DNA of 64,000 bases, taken from NCBI RefSeq assembly GCF_009834535.1, contig NC_045697.1, positions 24,988,001 through 25,052,000 of the forward strand, given 5' to 3'. Positions 27,561 to 39,839 of this stretch are shown here, piece by piece. The notes under the pieces are model-generated. The model did not search any database. It worked only from the letters and a program-made list of their open reading frames with translations, and was not told the DNA's origin. Both the position numbers and the translations under genes were made by a program. How positions within the stretch are numbered: the stretch's first letter is position 1; each line of letters opens with the position of its first letter. Source of the DNA: Camelus ferus. Its lineage: Eukaryota.

Positions 27561-28459
27561 ATGTTTAAAAAATTATCATATTTCATCTAACAAATCTTAC
27601 TGGCAAATTTCTATAATTATAACTATATATAATTAGGATTCAAACAGGTGCTTTCAAAGCTTTTTTAATGTTTCCATTAATATAAACTCAGTATTATTTT
27701 AAATTTAAGAAACAGTGGAATAAATGCACACCAGAAATATTAGGTGAACTATCTAAATTCATGCTCTTTAATATGCCCTGTAAAAAGTTATTGAATTTGG
27801 AAAAGTCACAAAAGAAAAAATTACCAAAGAAATAACAAGAGGTTATGATCAACATTTTGCCACTTTCCATATTCCTAACTTTGTTTCAACACAAAGAAGT
27901 GTTTCAGTAAGTAAATCTATGTCTATATGATTCTTTATCAAATAAAACATTTCCCCTGCTATATATACAAAATAAAAATATGTGATCATACCAGCTTGAA
28001 GAAATGTCAAAGTTCTCATAGAAACGAAAGCCAGGGTACCCCATGATCTTTCAGTTCCCAACCTTTGCCACCCTATTTTTGATTAGTGCAGCTAAAGTGA
28101 AATGCATATGGTTACTGTAAGAAAACTCGTCTATGGACAGGGGAGGGTTTAGGAAGTCATCTCTGAGTAAATGCAGTGGAATTAAATAAATCTCCAAGAA
28201 GAGAGAACAACATGCATTATTTCAATAAGACAAAACAACACTAAAAACTTTGTAATAGTTAATATTTCTCCTCATTTCCCCTTTCATAAGCTATATAAAC
28301 AAAATTAATTTGTGGACTAATGTTAGAATAATTTACATGCTATGATTAAAATACTATCAAATAATTTACCGTTATCTTATTTGGCAATATATGATATATC
28401 ACAGATGCCCACACACTACGCTTCCTTATCAGGAAACCCACTTTAATGGCCTTTAAAAT

Positions 28460-28605
28460 GCCTATGAACCACCTGAGATCTTGTTAGAATGAAGACTCTG
28501 ACTCAGTAAGCCCAGGGAAGGTCTGAGAGTCTACATTGCTACCCAGCTCTTAGGTGGTATCAAAGCTGCTGTCCGTGAATAACGCTTTGAGCAGCAAAGT
28601 ACTAG
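28460..28605. mobile_element. MER5A-like hAT-Charlie MITE
   Basis: accacctgagatcttgttagaatg..actctgactcagta..gctttgagcagca. Confidence 0.7.
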
Positions 28606-28689
28606 ATCACATCTTCCCTACTCAAATTTGTCTCTTTCTAATTCTCCCCTTTCCCTTGGATTATTATATTCTTCGTTTCTAGTGAATGA

Positions 28690-30103
28690 TTCCTATCAAC
28701 ATAGAAGCATGATGTTATTCCTCCTATCGTAATCAGGATTTCACACTCCAAAATCCACCTAAACTGTTTTTGCAAATTCAGCAGTGGCTTTCATGTCTTC
28801 ATTCCAATCTTCAATTCTCTCTCCTCACCCCACTCTTTCTTTCATATGTATTTGATTTTTCCTAGAAATCCTTTTGTCACTTGGCTTCAAGCAGTCTCCT
28901 GGTTTTATTTTTTACTTCACTGACTCCTCCTCAGATACCCTTACTTATTCCTATTTAGCAACCAAATTAATAACGTCTCCAGAGTGCAATCCTTGGCACT
29001 CTTCTTTATTCACACTTACTTATCCAGTTTCATTGATTTCAGTATCATCTATTTCACAAATGTGTATCTTCTGACAATACTCATGACTTGAATGTCTTAT
29101 AGCATCCTAAACGCTTCCACTTCTAGCAGAAAACTAAAAAGTAACATGTTCAAAAATATACATAGTGATCACCGATTTGTATTTCTCTGTTCCTGCACTG
29201 CACAGATTCTCTAGTAAGTGACAACTGCATGTTTCCATTTGCTCATTCTGAAACACCAAGAAGAGAAGTCATCCTGGAATTCCTCCAGTTTTGTTTTTTT
29301 TTTTAATTTCCTTCAATGTATCAACACATTTGGACAGTTCTACTTTTACCAAATATCTAGAATCTGAATATTTGTTGCCACATGTGTAGTTAACATTTTG
29401 GAAATAGCTGCCATTATTTATGTCATACATAGGAAAATACAAAAAGCTAATTTTGTTCTCATTATTGATAATTTAATTTCTTACAGTCTTTTTTTTTTTT
29501 CCCCAACACAGAAGTCCAGTATCCTTTAAACAAGTGATTTATGCTGTCGCTTGCTTACTCAATGCCCTTCAAAAATTTGGCTCCCCACATGATTTATAAT
29601 TAAAACCAAAGTTTTCACTGTTGTCTGATAGGATGTACATGGTCCTACCCCTGTTACCCATTTAATCTCACTGCCTACTACTCTCCCTCAGCTCACTCTT
29701 TCCTGTCACATCAGTCACCCTGATGATCTTTAAACAGATCAGGTGCAATCCTGTCTCGGATCCTTAGCCTGGAAAGCTTTCTTACACATATGTGCATTAT
29801 TTTCTCAGCTTTTTGCCTAAATGACACCCACTAAGTGAACATTTTCTTATTTCCATATTTAAAATCGCAACATACCCTCCTCTCACACATCCATATTCCA
29901 TAATCTTTTCTGTTTTATTTTAATTTTTGTAGTTCGTATCATCATATGACATACTACATGCTATTTTTTTAATTGACTGTCTCTTTCCCTCTAGAATGTA
30001 ACCTCTATGAGAGCAATACATTTTATCTGCTTTGTTTACATCTTTATCCCCAGAATGGTACATAGTAGACATTCAATAAATAATTGTTCAGTAAATGAAT
30101 AAA
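28690..30103 (+). mobile_element. L2 3' region
   Basis: Ends tagaatgtaacctctatgagagca...catagtagacattcaataaataattgttcagtaaatgaat. Confidence 0.8.
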
Positions 30104-30349
30104 GACAGTAAGGGAAGATAACTGATGATCCCTTCAAGTTTAAGTGAAAGTATGCCACTGTAACATCAATTTGTAAAATATATTCATTTATGGTAACAAA
30201 AATACAAAGATTCAGCAATTTTTAAATAGAGAGAAATTAACATTAAAGTCATATGCAGTACTAAAAAGAAATAGTAATTACTGAGGAACTGGGGCAGAAT
30301 ATTACTCACTGTGTGCATTAAATACCATTGTGGCCTAGAAACATGTAGG

Positions 30350-30870
30350 ACTGAGAATCATATTTGACAGTAACACCTCCCTAGGAATCTATGCTCAAAG
30401 AATAACCATATTCTGTGCATCAAAATGTGTGCAAAATGTGATTATTACAGCATAATGTGAAATAACCATCTGCTAGAAACAACTTAAACATGCCTAAAAA
30501 GAGGACGAGAAAAAATCTTTATGTTATTTCTGTACTACGAGAATCATGCCAGTCATTAAAAGAAAGAATAACACCTACATGTGCTGATGGGGAAAATCTA
30601 TTAAGTGGCTACACAGAAAAGAAAAACTAAACTAAAACATTTCTAAAAGTATAGTGTAGTATAGATCCAATCTATTAAAATGAAGTATTTGGGTATTATG
30701 TGTGTGTACATGTGAATACATACATCTTTCAAAATGTTAGCTATGTTTATTTCTGAGAGAGTTAGAAATGTTAGACAAGGGTCCTAAAATACTTTAAATT
30801 TTTATTCTTTATAATTATATATTTCATGAATCTTTTATAATAAGACTGCATTCATGTATTATTTTTACAT
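30350..30870 (+). mobile_element. Old L1ME-like 3' fragment
   Basis: catatttgacagtaacacctccctaggaatctatgctcaaagaataa motif. Confidence 0.6.
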
Positions 30871-30997
30871 TTTTTTTAAAGAGCAGAAAATGTCAACCTA
30901 GGTTCAGTATGTCAGAAACATTTAAATTTCAATAAAATTAAAGAATAATGAATATATCCACAAAAAGCAGTATGTTTCTAAGACTTGGAAAAAGAAG

Positions 30998-31024
30998 CTT
31001 TTTTTTTTTTTTTTTTTTTTTTTT
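30998..31024 (+). repeat. Poly-T tract
   Basis: About 27 consecutive T. Confidence 0.9.
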
Positions 31025-31060
31025 CACATGAATGCTTAGAAAGTTTAAGAAGAGTGTATT

Positions 31061-31226
31061 GGGGAGGGGATAACAAGTGGTAGGGTGTGTGCCTAGCATG
31101 CACAAGGGCTTGGCCTGGGTTCAATCCGCAGTACCTCCAGCAAAAAAACAGAATAAATCTAATTACCTTCCCCCCACCAAAAATATAAAATAAAAATAAG
31201 ATAAAGTGATATTATTAAAAAAAAAA
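31061..31226 (+). mobile_element. vic-1-type tRNA-derived SINE (camelid)
   Basis: GGGGAGGG..AAGTGGTAG..CTAGCATGCACAAGG..CCTGGGTTCAATCC.CAGTACCTCC (B box), then TAATTACC.CCCCC and an A-rich tail. Confidence 0.88.
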
Positions 31227-32032
31227 GAGTAAAGAAAAACAGGCAAAAAGCTGTCATTGCTTTGGCTATTGGTTATAGAATTTACCAGGTTTTAGTCTTA
31301 TCTTTTCACAATTTCTCTACTTCATACACATAAATAACTCTGTTTATTTTAGTTTACTAATCTATCTTCATCCCTCTTCTTGCCTTCATTATATAGGTAC
31401 ACTCTTCCTATGTAGTCAACCCCTTTCTCAGTAGCAATCACAATGAAACAAATAAGGGAGAGGTATTAACAAACTAACAATAAAACTTATATGGCCTCCC
31501 CAAGAGTCTAACACTATAACAACCCTAACTTCCCCTAAAGAAAACCTTCTCTGCATTGTGTGAGAACATTGTGAAATGCTATGACTTTCCTACTCTACAA
31601 CATAATGGCTTCCAGATGGCTTCCTATTAGAAAATACTGGTCACGGAGGATAAATTTGGAATTCCATTCAGAGATTGTAAACATCTTTGAATATTAATGT
31701 ATATTGGTGACAATTTAATATTTAAAGTTTATTATTTTACTCATTTTTCAATAATGCATGGTCTTTTGAACTAAACTGCCTCCCCTTAAAGACATTATTT
31801 ATGCACATCAAAAAGAAATACATGACATTCAGAATTACACTATATTTAAAGTATTAATCTGCTATAAAGAGTGCAAATAAATTTCAAAAATAATTTTTGA
31901 TTACAATATTGTAAGAATAAAAAGATAATGTGGCAAAAATACAAGTGGTTTCTATCAGTAATTTTATTCCCCCGTCATATGACTCCATATGACATCTATG
32001 ACTCCTTGTTGGTGAGTATATTAGAAAATAGG

Positions 32033-32515
32033 TATTGTAGTCAGTACGAGGACTTGCCAAAGATATCAGGGTCTCAATCCCTTGAACCAAAGGGACTTTG
32101 TAGATGTGATAAATGTTGAGGACTTTGAAATGGGAAGAATAGCCTGGATTATCCAGGTGGGTCCAAGCTAATTACACAAATTCGAAAAAAGCACAGAACT
32201 CTTCCTGACTATAATCAGAGGGGGAAAAATGAAATAATTTTCTAAAAAAGAGAAGATGCAATATTTCTGGCTTTGAAGAAAGAAGAGGGGCCCAAAAGTC
32301 AATGAATGTGAGAAGCTTCAGAGCTAGAAAAGGGGAAGAAATTAATTCTTTCATGGATCCTCCAGTAAGGAATTAAGCCCTACTGACAGCTTGATTTAAC
32401 TCAGCGTTTCCATGTTGGAATTCTGACCTACATAACTGTAGCATGCAAAAATACGTGTTGATTAGGTGACTACGTTTGTGTTGAATTGTTACATAAACCA
32501 TGGAGAACTAATACA
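32033..32515 (+). mobile_element. MLT1D-like solo LTR
   Basis: aaagggactttgtagatgtgat...cctggattatccaggtgggtcc...ttctgacctacataactgta...aactaataca. Confidence 0.87.
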
Positions 32516-32654
32516 TAAGAACACAAAGCTAAATAAGCCATGCCCCCTCTTCCCATGTATTAAGTAGTGTAACAGAGGTATGTATTATTCCAGTATTAAA
32601 AATGAAAATGATGAGGAGGAGGAGGAGAAGAAAAGGGATAATCAGCAGCATTGC

Positions 32655-32860
32655 ATTTACTGAGTGGTTACTATGCAATGAGGAATTTTTCTGAGTGTTT
32701 CATATAAATAAACCTAAAAGCAACAATTATAGGTAGTTTTCTAATACCATCTCTTTTCTACAGACAAGAAAACTGAGGCACAAAGACACTGTGTAACTTG
32801 CCAAAGATCACATACACAGGGTCTTGTAGAATTGGAATTCAAAATCAGGCACCTAACTTG
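32655..32860 (-). mobile_element. MIR SINE
   Basis: Core aaactgaggcacaaaga...gtaacttgccaaagatcaca...ggaattcaaa. Confidence 0.85.
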
Positions 32861-33239
32861 TGATGGGTTGAAATGAGTCTTAAAGTAAAAGTAAAAATTT
32901 GGCAAGTAGACAAAAGGTAAACTGGAATTCATTCAGAATTTGTGAAATCTTTTGAACAATTCCATTTCTTGGTGATTTAAAAAAATTCTCTTTAATAAAA
33001 TCAAACAAATTAGAGTAGAACCTGGCTCAAAGATGCTCCAACTACCCTGTCTGGTAGGATAGGGAGAGGTGAACTACATAGATACAGGTACTATCTATCC
33101 CTATTAGAGTAGACTTTAGCAAAGGAAAGGAGCCAATGCATAATTAAATTTGTATATGTATTTAACATTACTAATTATTAAGATTTTACAAACTGGCTTT
33201 TAAAATGTGAGATGATACAGAAGGGTTAAGGAAGTTATC

Positions 33240-34180
33240 TTTTCCTGGGTTGGAAGATTAGCAAATGGGTTGATGTTCATGACACTGAAAGTGAAAACAT
33301 GGAATCAAGATCAGAGGTGCTAAAGAGTTTGCATGCACTAAACGTGAGATACCTGTGATGTAGATAAGCAGATATGTGAAGTAGGTAGATGGATATATAT
33401 CTCTATCCATCTCAAATAAAGGTCACTATCTGGGAGTCATTACAAATACATGGCATTCAAAGTTATCAAAATCCTGCAGAGAGAGAAGGAAAGGAGAGAG
33501 TCAGAGTCCTGAAGAACAACACCAATTAGAGAGTGGGAGAGCGGAAGTCTACAGGAGTTTGGACTGTGGTTGGAAAATCTCTGAAGAGTGAGAGAGCAAG
33601 CCATGAAAGAGAAGAGTCATTTCTTCAGAAAGTGGTTAGTTCAGTTCAGGGCTGCTCTAATGTCTAAATTTAAGTCAGTAGAACAGCCAAACAGAGGTGA
33701 TTAGTTGCCTTGGAATCACTCCACACTTGATGGAGTGATGGACTTATCAGCAGGAGGACATGGGAGCTGCAACATGAACAGGCAGCACAGGAAATGGACA
33801 CAGCATGTACTGGTCCATCTTTAAAGAAGTTCAGAAATGAAGGGAATGGATGAAGTGGAGCAGTTGCCTTAGAGGGATGTGGGCATCAAAAGAGGTTTCT
33901 AAGCTACTGGCAAAATCACTGCAGACATGAGAAGCTACAGCACCAAGGAGAGAATATCTGAAAAAGAGAAACCTTTGAGAGGGTAAAGCAACGAAAGCAT
34001 TTGTGGACAGGCTGACTTTTGGCAGGAGAGAAACCTTTCGTCCCTTTTGGCAGTTGGAAAGGAGGCATCAATAACACAGATACAGGAAGGGTAGATTTTA
34101 GATGAGGAGAGGAAGGATTTCCTGTGTCAATCCCTAAAGAGTAGAAAGCTGGAGAAAAATTGAGAGGTAAACAGACTGCT
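33240..34180 (-). mobile_element. Degraded L2
   Basis: Purine-rich L2-like text (gtgagatacctg..gatatgtgaagtaggtagatggatata..tctgggagtcatt). Confidence 0.6.
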
Positions 34181-34500
34181 GTGGACATGTGATGCAGTTC
34201 AGCCTACAGGGAAAGAATGGAGCTTGGTGGCTGCAGTGATTGGGATAACCCATGAGAGAGGACTGTCCAACCATGGTGTGAGGGAGTTCACAGAGCTTCT
34301 GTCCTTCTTAAAATTATGGCTTCTGCACAGTCATGCTGCTGGACTGCCACTTTTAGAAACTTGTCCTGTAGTGTTTAAAATATCCTCTTTTAAGTGACAA
34401 CTATCTTGGAGGATTCAACTAAAATGGCATTCAGTTATTCCAAAATGCTACTTACTGAGCACAGATTAGGATGAATATACACCATTATTTTCACAATCAG

Positions 34501-35053
34501 CTGAGATGATCAAACTGAATGAGAACAATGTGGTAGTGACCTGCAGAAAGAGGTAGTATATACAAGAAATGCCTCAGTGGGTTGTTTTTGTAATCCTAAA
34601 ATTACCTTTAAGATGGGGAAATAGCAAAAGAGAACTATTTCCCATTCTGTTGAAGTCAAAACCAGGAAGACAGTAACTAGATGAATCCACAGTTTATGAT
34701 GGTATGTGATAATGGTGGAATCCAGCTTTCTATGATATTAGCAAGCACTGAAGATTTGGACTCAGTATTGCTTGGAAATGAATAAATTTTTTTTAGTATT
34801 TCTATATATTACATATCTTATCAAATCATATTCTTTAAAATTATAACTCACACTAGAAAATACTAAATGACACTCTTATTAATAATCACAGTTATTCTTC
34901 AGAGTATATCATACTATATTACCTTTCTGACAATTTGGGGCACATGAATGTAAAACCCCATCTGAACTTGTTTCTACCTAACAAACTAAAATCTCTTGCT
35001 ATCACCAGGTGCATAGTTCCAGTCTAGAGTCAACTGACTCATCAATTGCAAAG
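34501..35053 (+). pseudogene. Relic EGF-EGF exons (34501-34701 and 35009-~35053)
   Basis: Acceptor tcacaatcag|; QCGSD/CRK...LPLRWGNSKRE...C*SQNQEDSN*; donor ATG|GTATGT. Second acceptor tctcttgctatcaccag| with ctaac branch point, then CIVP...NCK. Confidence 0.5.
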
Positions 35054-36069
35054 TCATGCCATTGTTTTCATTATTCTCATAACTACACTTGGAATTCAAA
35101 AGATGGCTGACAAGTTAGGATCAATGAACTAAATTCTTTTCTCAAAAGGAACTTTCATTTTTTTCTACATTACAAAAGAAAGTCATGCCCATGGTTTTAG
35201 AATCATCTTCTTGATGCTATCCTCAGATTCATGTAAACCCTGGAAGCTCATTTTACCATTATTTTTTTTTTCACATGAAGAGAATCTTTAATATTTAAAA
35301 TGTTTCCCATTTTAGATTTAATTGAATAAGACCTTTAAAAGCGTTTGAGGAAAGAAAGTCTACTTCCTTTGGTATTTTCAAGTTTTACTACCTAGGAAGT
35401 TAGGACAAGTGAGAAATGGGGGCAATTCAAGTCTGTTGCAATTATTCAAATGCAGGTTATTCAAAATGGCTTAGAGATATGTTTGTTCTCTTTTTAATAA
35501 ATAAGATACTGACTTATTGGAAGTAAAACTGGGTTAATTTTTTGAAGTGTCTTGATTCACTTTAATTAACTGACTGACTTAAAATATGGCTCTAGGAAAA
35601 ACTGTAAAAAGTTAAATAGTAGAAAATGTTCTGATTTCAAGAGAAAGTGACATGGAGCAAAACAATTAAATACTGCAATGCTCTTCTTACCAAGCAAAAA
35701 GAAAATAATTTTGGTGGTGGTAATAAAGCGTGTAATAATATATTAAAACCTATTGTTTTAAACATGATTTACTCACTGTCCAATAAAATTCAAAATGAAA
35801 AAGTCCCCTTTACATTTTGTGGCAAAATATTCCACACCACCCACCCCACTACCATTTCTTTCAGGATGACACTAGGGAATTTGAATACTCTGGCTTTATT
35901 TTACTTATTACTGTATTATTGTTTCATATAAAAATATTGCATATTGTAGCAGCTGTCTGAAGAAAACAGCTTTTTCTGTCAGCTATCTTTGAGAACAAGA
36001 AGAAAAAAATATTTTTGGAAGAGGTCGCAGGTTGTGTGTAGGGATGTATGCAAATAATATGGAACTGAG

Positions 36070-36434
36070 TGCTGTGGGCTGAATTGTGTCTTCCCCCCAA
36101 ATTCATGTGTTGAAGCCCTTACCTTCCATGTGATGGTATTGGAAATAGAGTATTGGGAGATCATTAGGTTTAGATGAGGTTCTGAGGGTGGGGCCCTCAG
36201 GATGGGATTGTTACCTATATAAGAAAAGACACCAGAGAGCTTGCCCTCTCTTTCCGCTATGTGAAGACACAGCAAGGAGACAACCATCTGTAAGCCATAG
36301 AGGTCTCACCAGATCCTGAACATGCTAGCCCCCTGATCTTGGACTTCTAGCCTCCAGAACTGTGAGAAAGTAAATTTCTGTTGTTCATGCTACACGGTTT
36401 GTGAAATTTTGTCATGGCAGCCCAAGCTAAGAGA
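36070..36434 (+). mobile_element. MLT1A0-like solo LTR with a 5-bp TSD
   Basis: tgctgtgggctgaattgtgtc..ccaaattcatgtgttgaagccct...cctccagaactgtgagaaagtaaatttctgttg; TSD ctgag at 36065 and 36435. Confidence 0.93.
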
Positions 36435-37314
36435 CTGAGCATGTTTCCTTACTGCTTCTTAGGAGTTTCTAGGGTGGGGTGTGGCAAGATCTCAAAAAGA
36501 AAAGACTGGATTCAAACCTCAAGAGCTCCAACTACTGAAGGTACTTATTTTCAGTCATTTCATAAAAGCAACAGAACTACTGGATCAAAAGGCACCCTAT
36601 TAAATAAGCCATGGGCATCTCAGTAGTAACTGACAAGGACAAATATCTAATCACTGGAGAAGCCTTTTGCAATACAAATCTGAGGTGACAGACTTAGACT
36701 TGGTAAAGACTATTACTTAATTTCTTACTAATCCACAAGAGTGTGAGTTCAGAATCATACATTAATTGACATATAAACAAAAGAAATTTAACTCTTTTGG
36801 TACTCTTAAATTTATGAATTATAAATTGAGATTCATATCTTTCTAAAATATATTAGATTGGTTAAAATATATTTTTATTAAAGAAATGTTATTCATTGGG
36901 TTTATCCTTCTATAAACCCATTAAATATGCAATTGGGATATAGATAGATTGATAAATATGTAGGTATACTATGGAAAATACTAAATCAAACATGATAGAA
37001 ATAATAAAATAATTAAGTAATTAACAATTTATATTCATGTACATATTTAGCACTTTAGTGTAGTATTCTGATTATATGTAATCATGGCTTAAACCAAGAA
37101 ATTTAGCTTATTAAAAACTAGTTTCAAAGAGAGAATCAATTAACCAAAATTACATATTTAAATTCAGCCATTAAAATAACAGTAAAAATATATTCTTCAA
37201 TAAGCCCTGAGATCAATATAGATAAAGTAAAACTTTTCAAAAGTACTAGCTAAGCTATAACTCCATCATAATCAATTGTATTTTAAATACGAACTTGTGG
37301 GTTCTCTCTCATAG

Positions 37315-37750
37315 TAACAACGTTCCCAGAATTCTACACAGGAAAACAGTAAAACAAACATTTTAACACATGCGAACAAGAAAAGTCAAAATAGTGAATG
37401 TAATATCTCACAAGCCGTGTATAAATAACCAAACAACAGCACATTCCAAGCACATTCAGGGAAGGCAAACACACCATAGTCTTAAATAATAACTAACTAA
37501 ATAGGACTTTAAGGGCTTAAGTTATAATATTTCATCCTAATCAACTGTGTATTCAGCTACACAACTCAGTAACATTGACAAATCTAATTTTCTAAATAGT
37601 TGGAGGTGGTTTTTTGGCGTCAGTGATAGGAAGGTTTGCCGGTGGGTGTCTAACTCCAGCGAGTCTCATATTACAGTAACAACACAACAGACACAATGAA
37701 ATGTATTCTGGCCAAACAATTCCTTTTTATATCCTTAACAGTGTTCCTAG
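37315..37750 (+). pseudogene. Relic LamG exon
   Basis: Acceptor ttctctctcatag|; TTFPEF, EQEKSK..YLT (EYS 'EKEHNRTVTIYLT'), IGL/SYNI, IGRFAGGCL (37626), EMYSGQTIPFYI..VP (37698); donor TAG|GTAGGG. Confidence 0.62.
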
Positions 37751-39839
37751 GTAGGGTAAATATCATTCTAGATCTTTTATTGATTTTCCAGCCCACATAT
37801 TAAAATGTAGACGTCAATCTCAAGTCAAGTTTTGAAGTAATTAGAGGTGAGCAGAATTACATAAGGTAGGTGATTGAATAATACTATTAGGAAAGTATTG
37901 GTTAGTTTTAAAAGATATAATGAATACCATGAGTAGAAACTTCATTTTAAATCTGAAATCATTAAAAAGTTGCTCAAGGCCACTGTCTAGCTTCACTGTT
38001 TGAAACAAAGGCTGGCACTCATTAAACTGTCTCCACAAAAAGCTATAAAAATAATTCTTTAAAATATGATAGTGGTAAAAAAGTTAATATGGGAACCTAG
38101 AGTGTCAAAAGTTTGTTACAGAAAGGGCTAAACTCTCAGGATTTTTATAACAAATTACTTCTTTTTGGTAATATCATGAAACCATATACTACTGACATTA
38201 GTCCAGTCATATTACAATCTGAGAAGAAATGATACATTTATATTGGCTAGTTGGTCAAATAACTTATCCATTAAAAATACAGTGTTTATCTTCAGGGATC
38301 TTGAAATAAGAATTCAAAAAAGATTGAAAACACCCCTGCTATAATTTACATACAAGATTCAGTAATTTAAGAAAGAAGACATTACCTACAGTTTCAAATT
38401 TTTGATAACACAGAGAAAGTATTTTTCTTTTCTATCCATTAAATCAAGGGAAAACATAGCAATATTTATCAAAAGAGGAGAAACAAAGATGTACTTTACA
38501 GAACAGAATATTAGGTGATAGGTGAGTTACAGGTAAAGAAAGAATGGGGCTTGATCAGCACAGCAGCATAAAATTCAACAAAGATTTATCAAGTGTATAC
38601 TACATCTATTCTAGATGAGAAGGATGCTTCAGTAAACAAAACTGGCAGTGAGACAGAAAAATAAATATAAAATATTTTAGTAGGAGATAAGCATTATGAA
38701 GGAAGATAATGCAGCTAAGAGAGGTACCACTTTTCAATAGACTGCTAGGAAATGTCTTTCAGATAAGGCAGCGGAGCAATATGAAGGAGATAAGGAGGTG
38801 AATCACGCTGATAACCATGCTAATACCTGGGAAAGAATATTATAGGGGACAGCAACTGAAAAGTTTCTTTGTTTTTTTTCTATAGAGATTGTCATCTGAT
38901 TTATGTATAAATATATATAAGTATGTGAACAAATATGTATCTTCTTTAAGAAGTGACTGATACGTATACTTTTACAGAATGAGGCATTCTTAAAAATGAG
39001 CAATTTTACGTAGGAATTTGGTAATATTATTCAGCAGAATCTAAGACTATTCTGCGATATATGCATGTATTGACTCATTACACTGTATACCCCAAACTAA
39101 CATATTATATGTTATATGTCAATTATACCTCAATTAAAAAAAAAACTCAAAAAGAAAACTGTCTCTAAATAGGCCATAACATAAATATGAGTCATATATA
39201 AATATGACTTGATAAATATAGTTAGTAATTATATCAGATTACTCAAGATGATGTTTAATGTACCAAGCAATTCACATGAATCCTAATATTTCTTCCATAA
39301 TAGCATCTAACACACAGGAATTCAATTGTCTGTCTATTTTTCTGGGATTCAGAATTGATTGATCGATCGATCTAGATCGATCTATCTATTCGTCATTCTA
39401 TTTGAAGCTTCTCATTCCATTCTCCACTTCTAGTAAAACTAACAAAAAGGAAGCACTGAATAAACGTTTTAAATGAATAGATATATGAATCGATGCATGA
39501 ATGCATGCAGGAATTAAGGGATGGATTAACTGATGACTTGAGGTGGTGTGAAAATTGTCCCAGAAAAAAATATAGTATATGTATCTATTGTATATGTTCT
39601 GGAAAGTTCAACCATAATTGAGTGCCCAGAATTATACAAGTAAGCTATATAATCAAATAATATAATCAAATTATATAATGATTTACCAACAGAATTATAT
39701 CTAATAAAAACAAATGTCGCAGAATCCCATAGTTTTTGTAGTTGTACTGATTGACATGTATATAATTTTTCAGAATTTTGCATTAAGTGAAAAAATGGAA
39801 GCTGACACAATTGAATTTAATACATTTTATATCCTCTTT

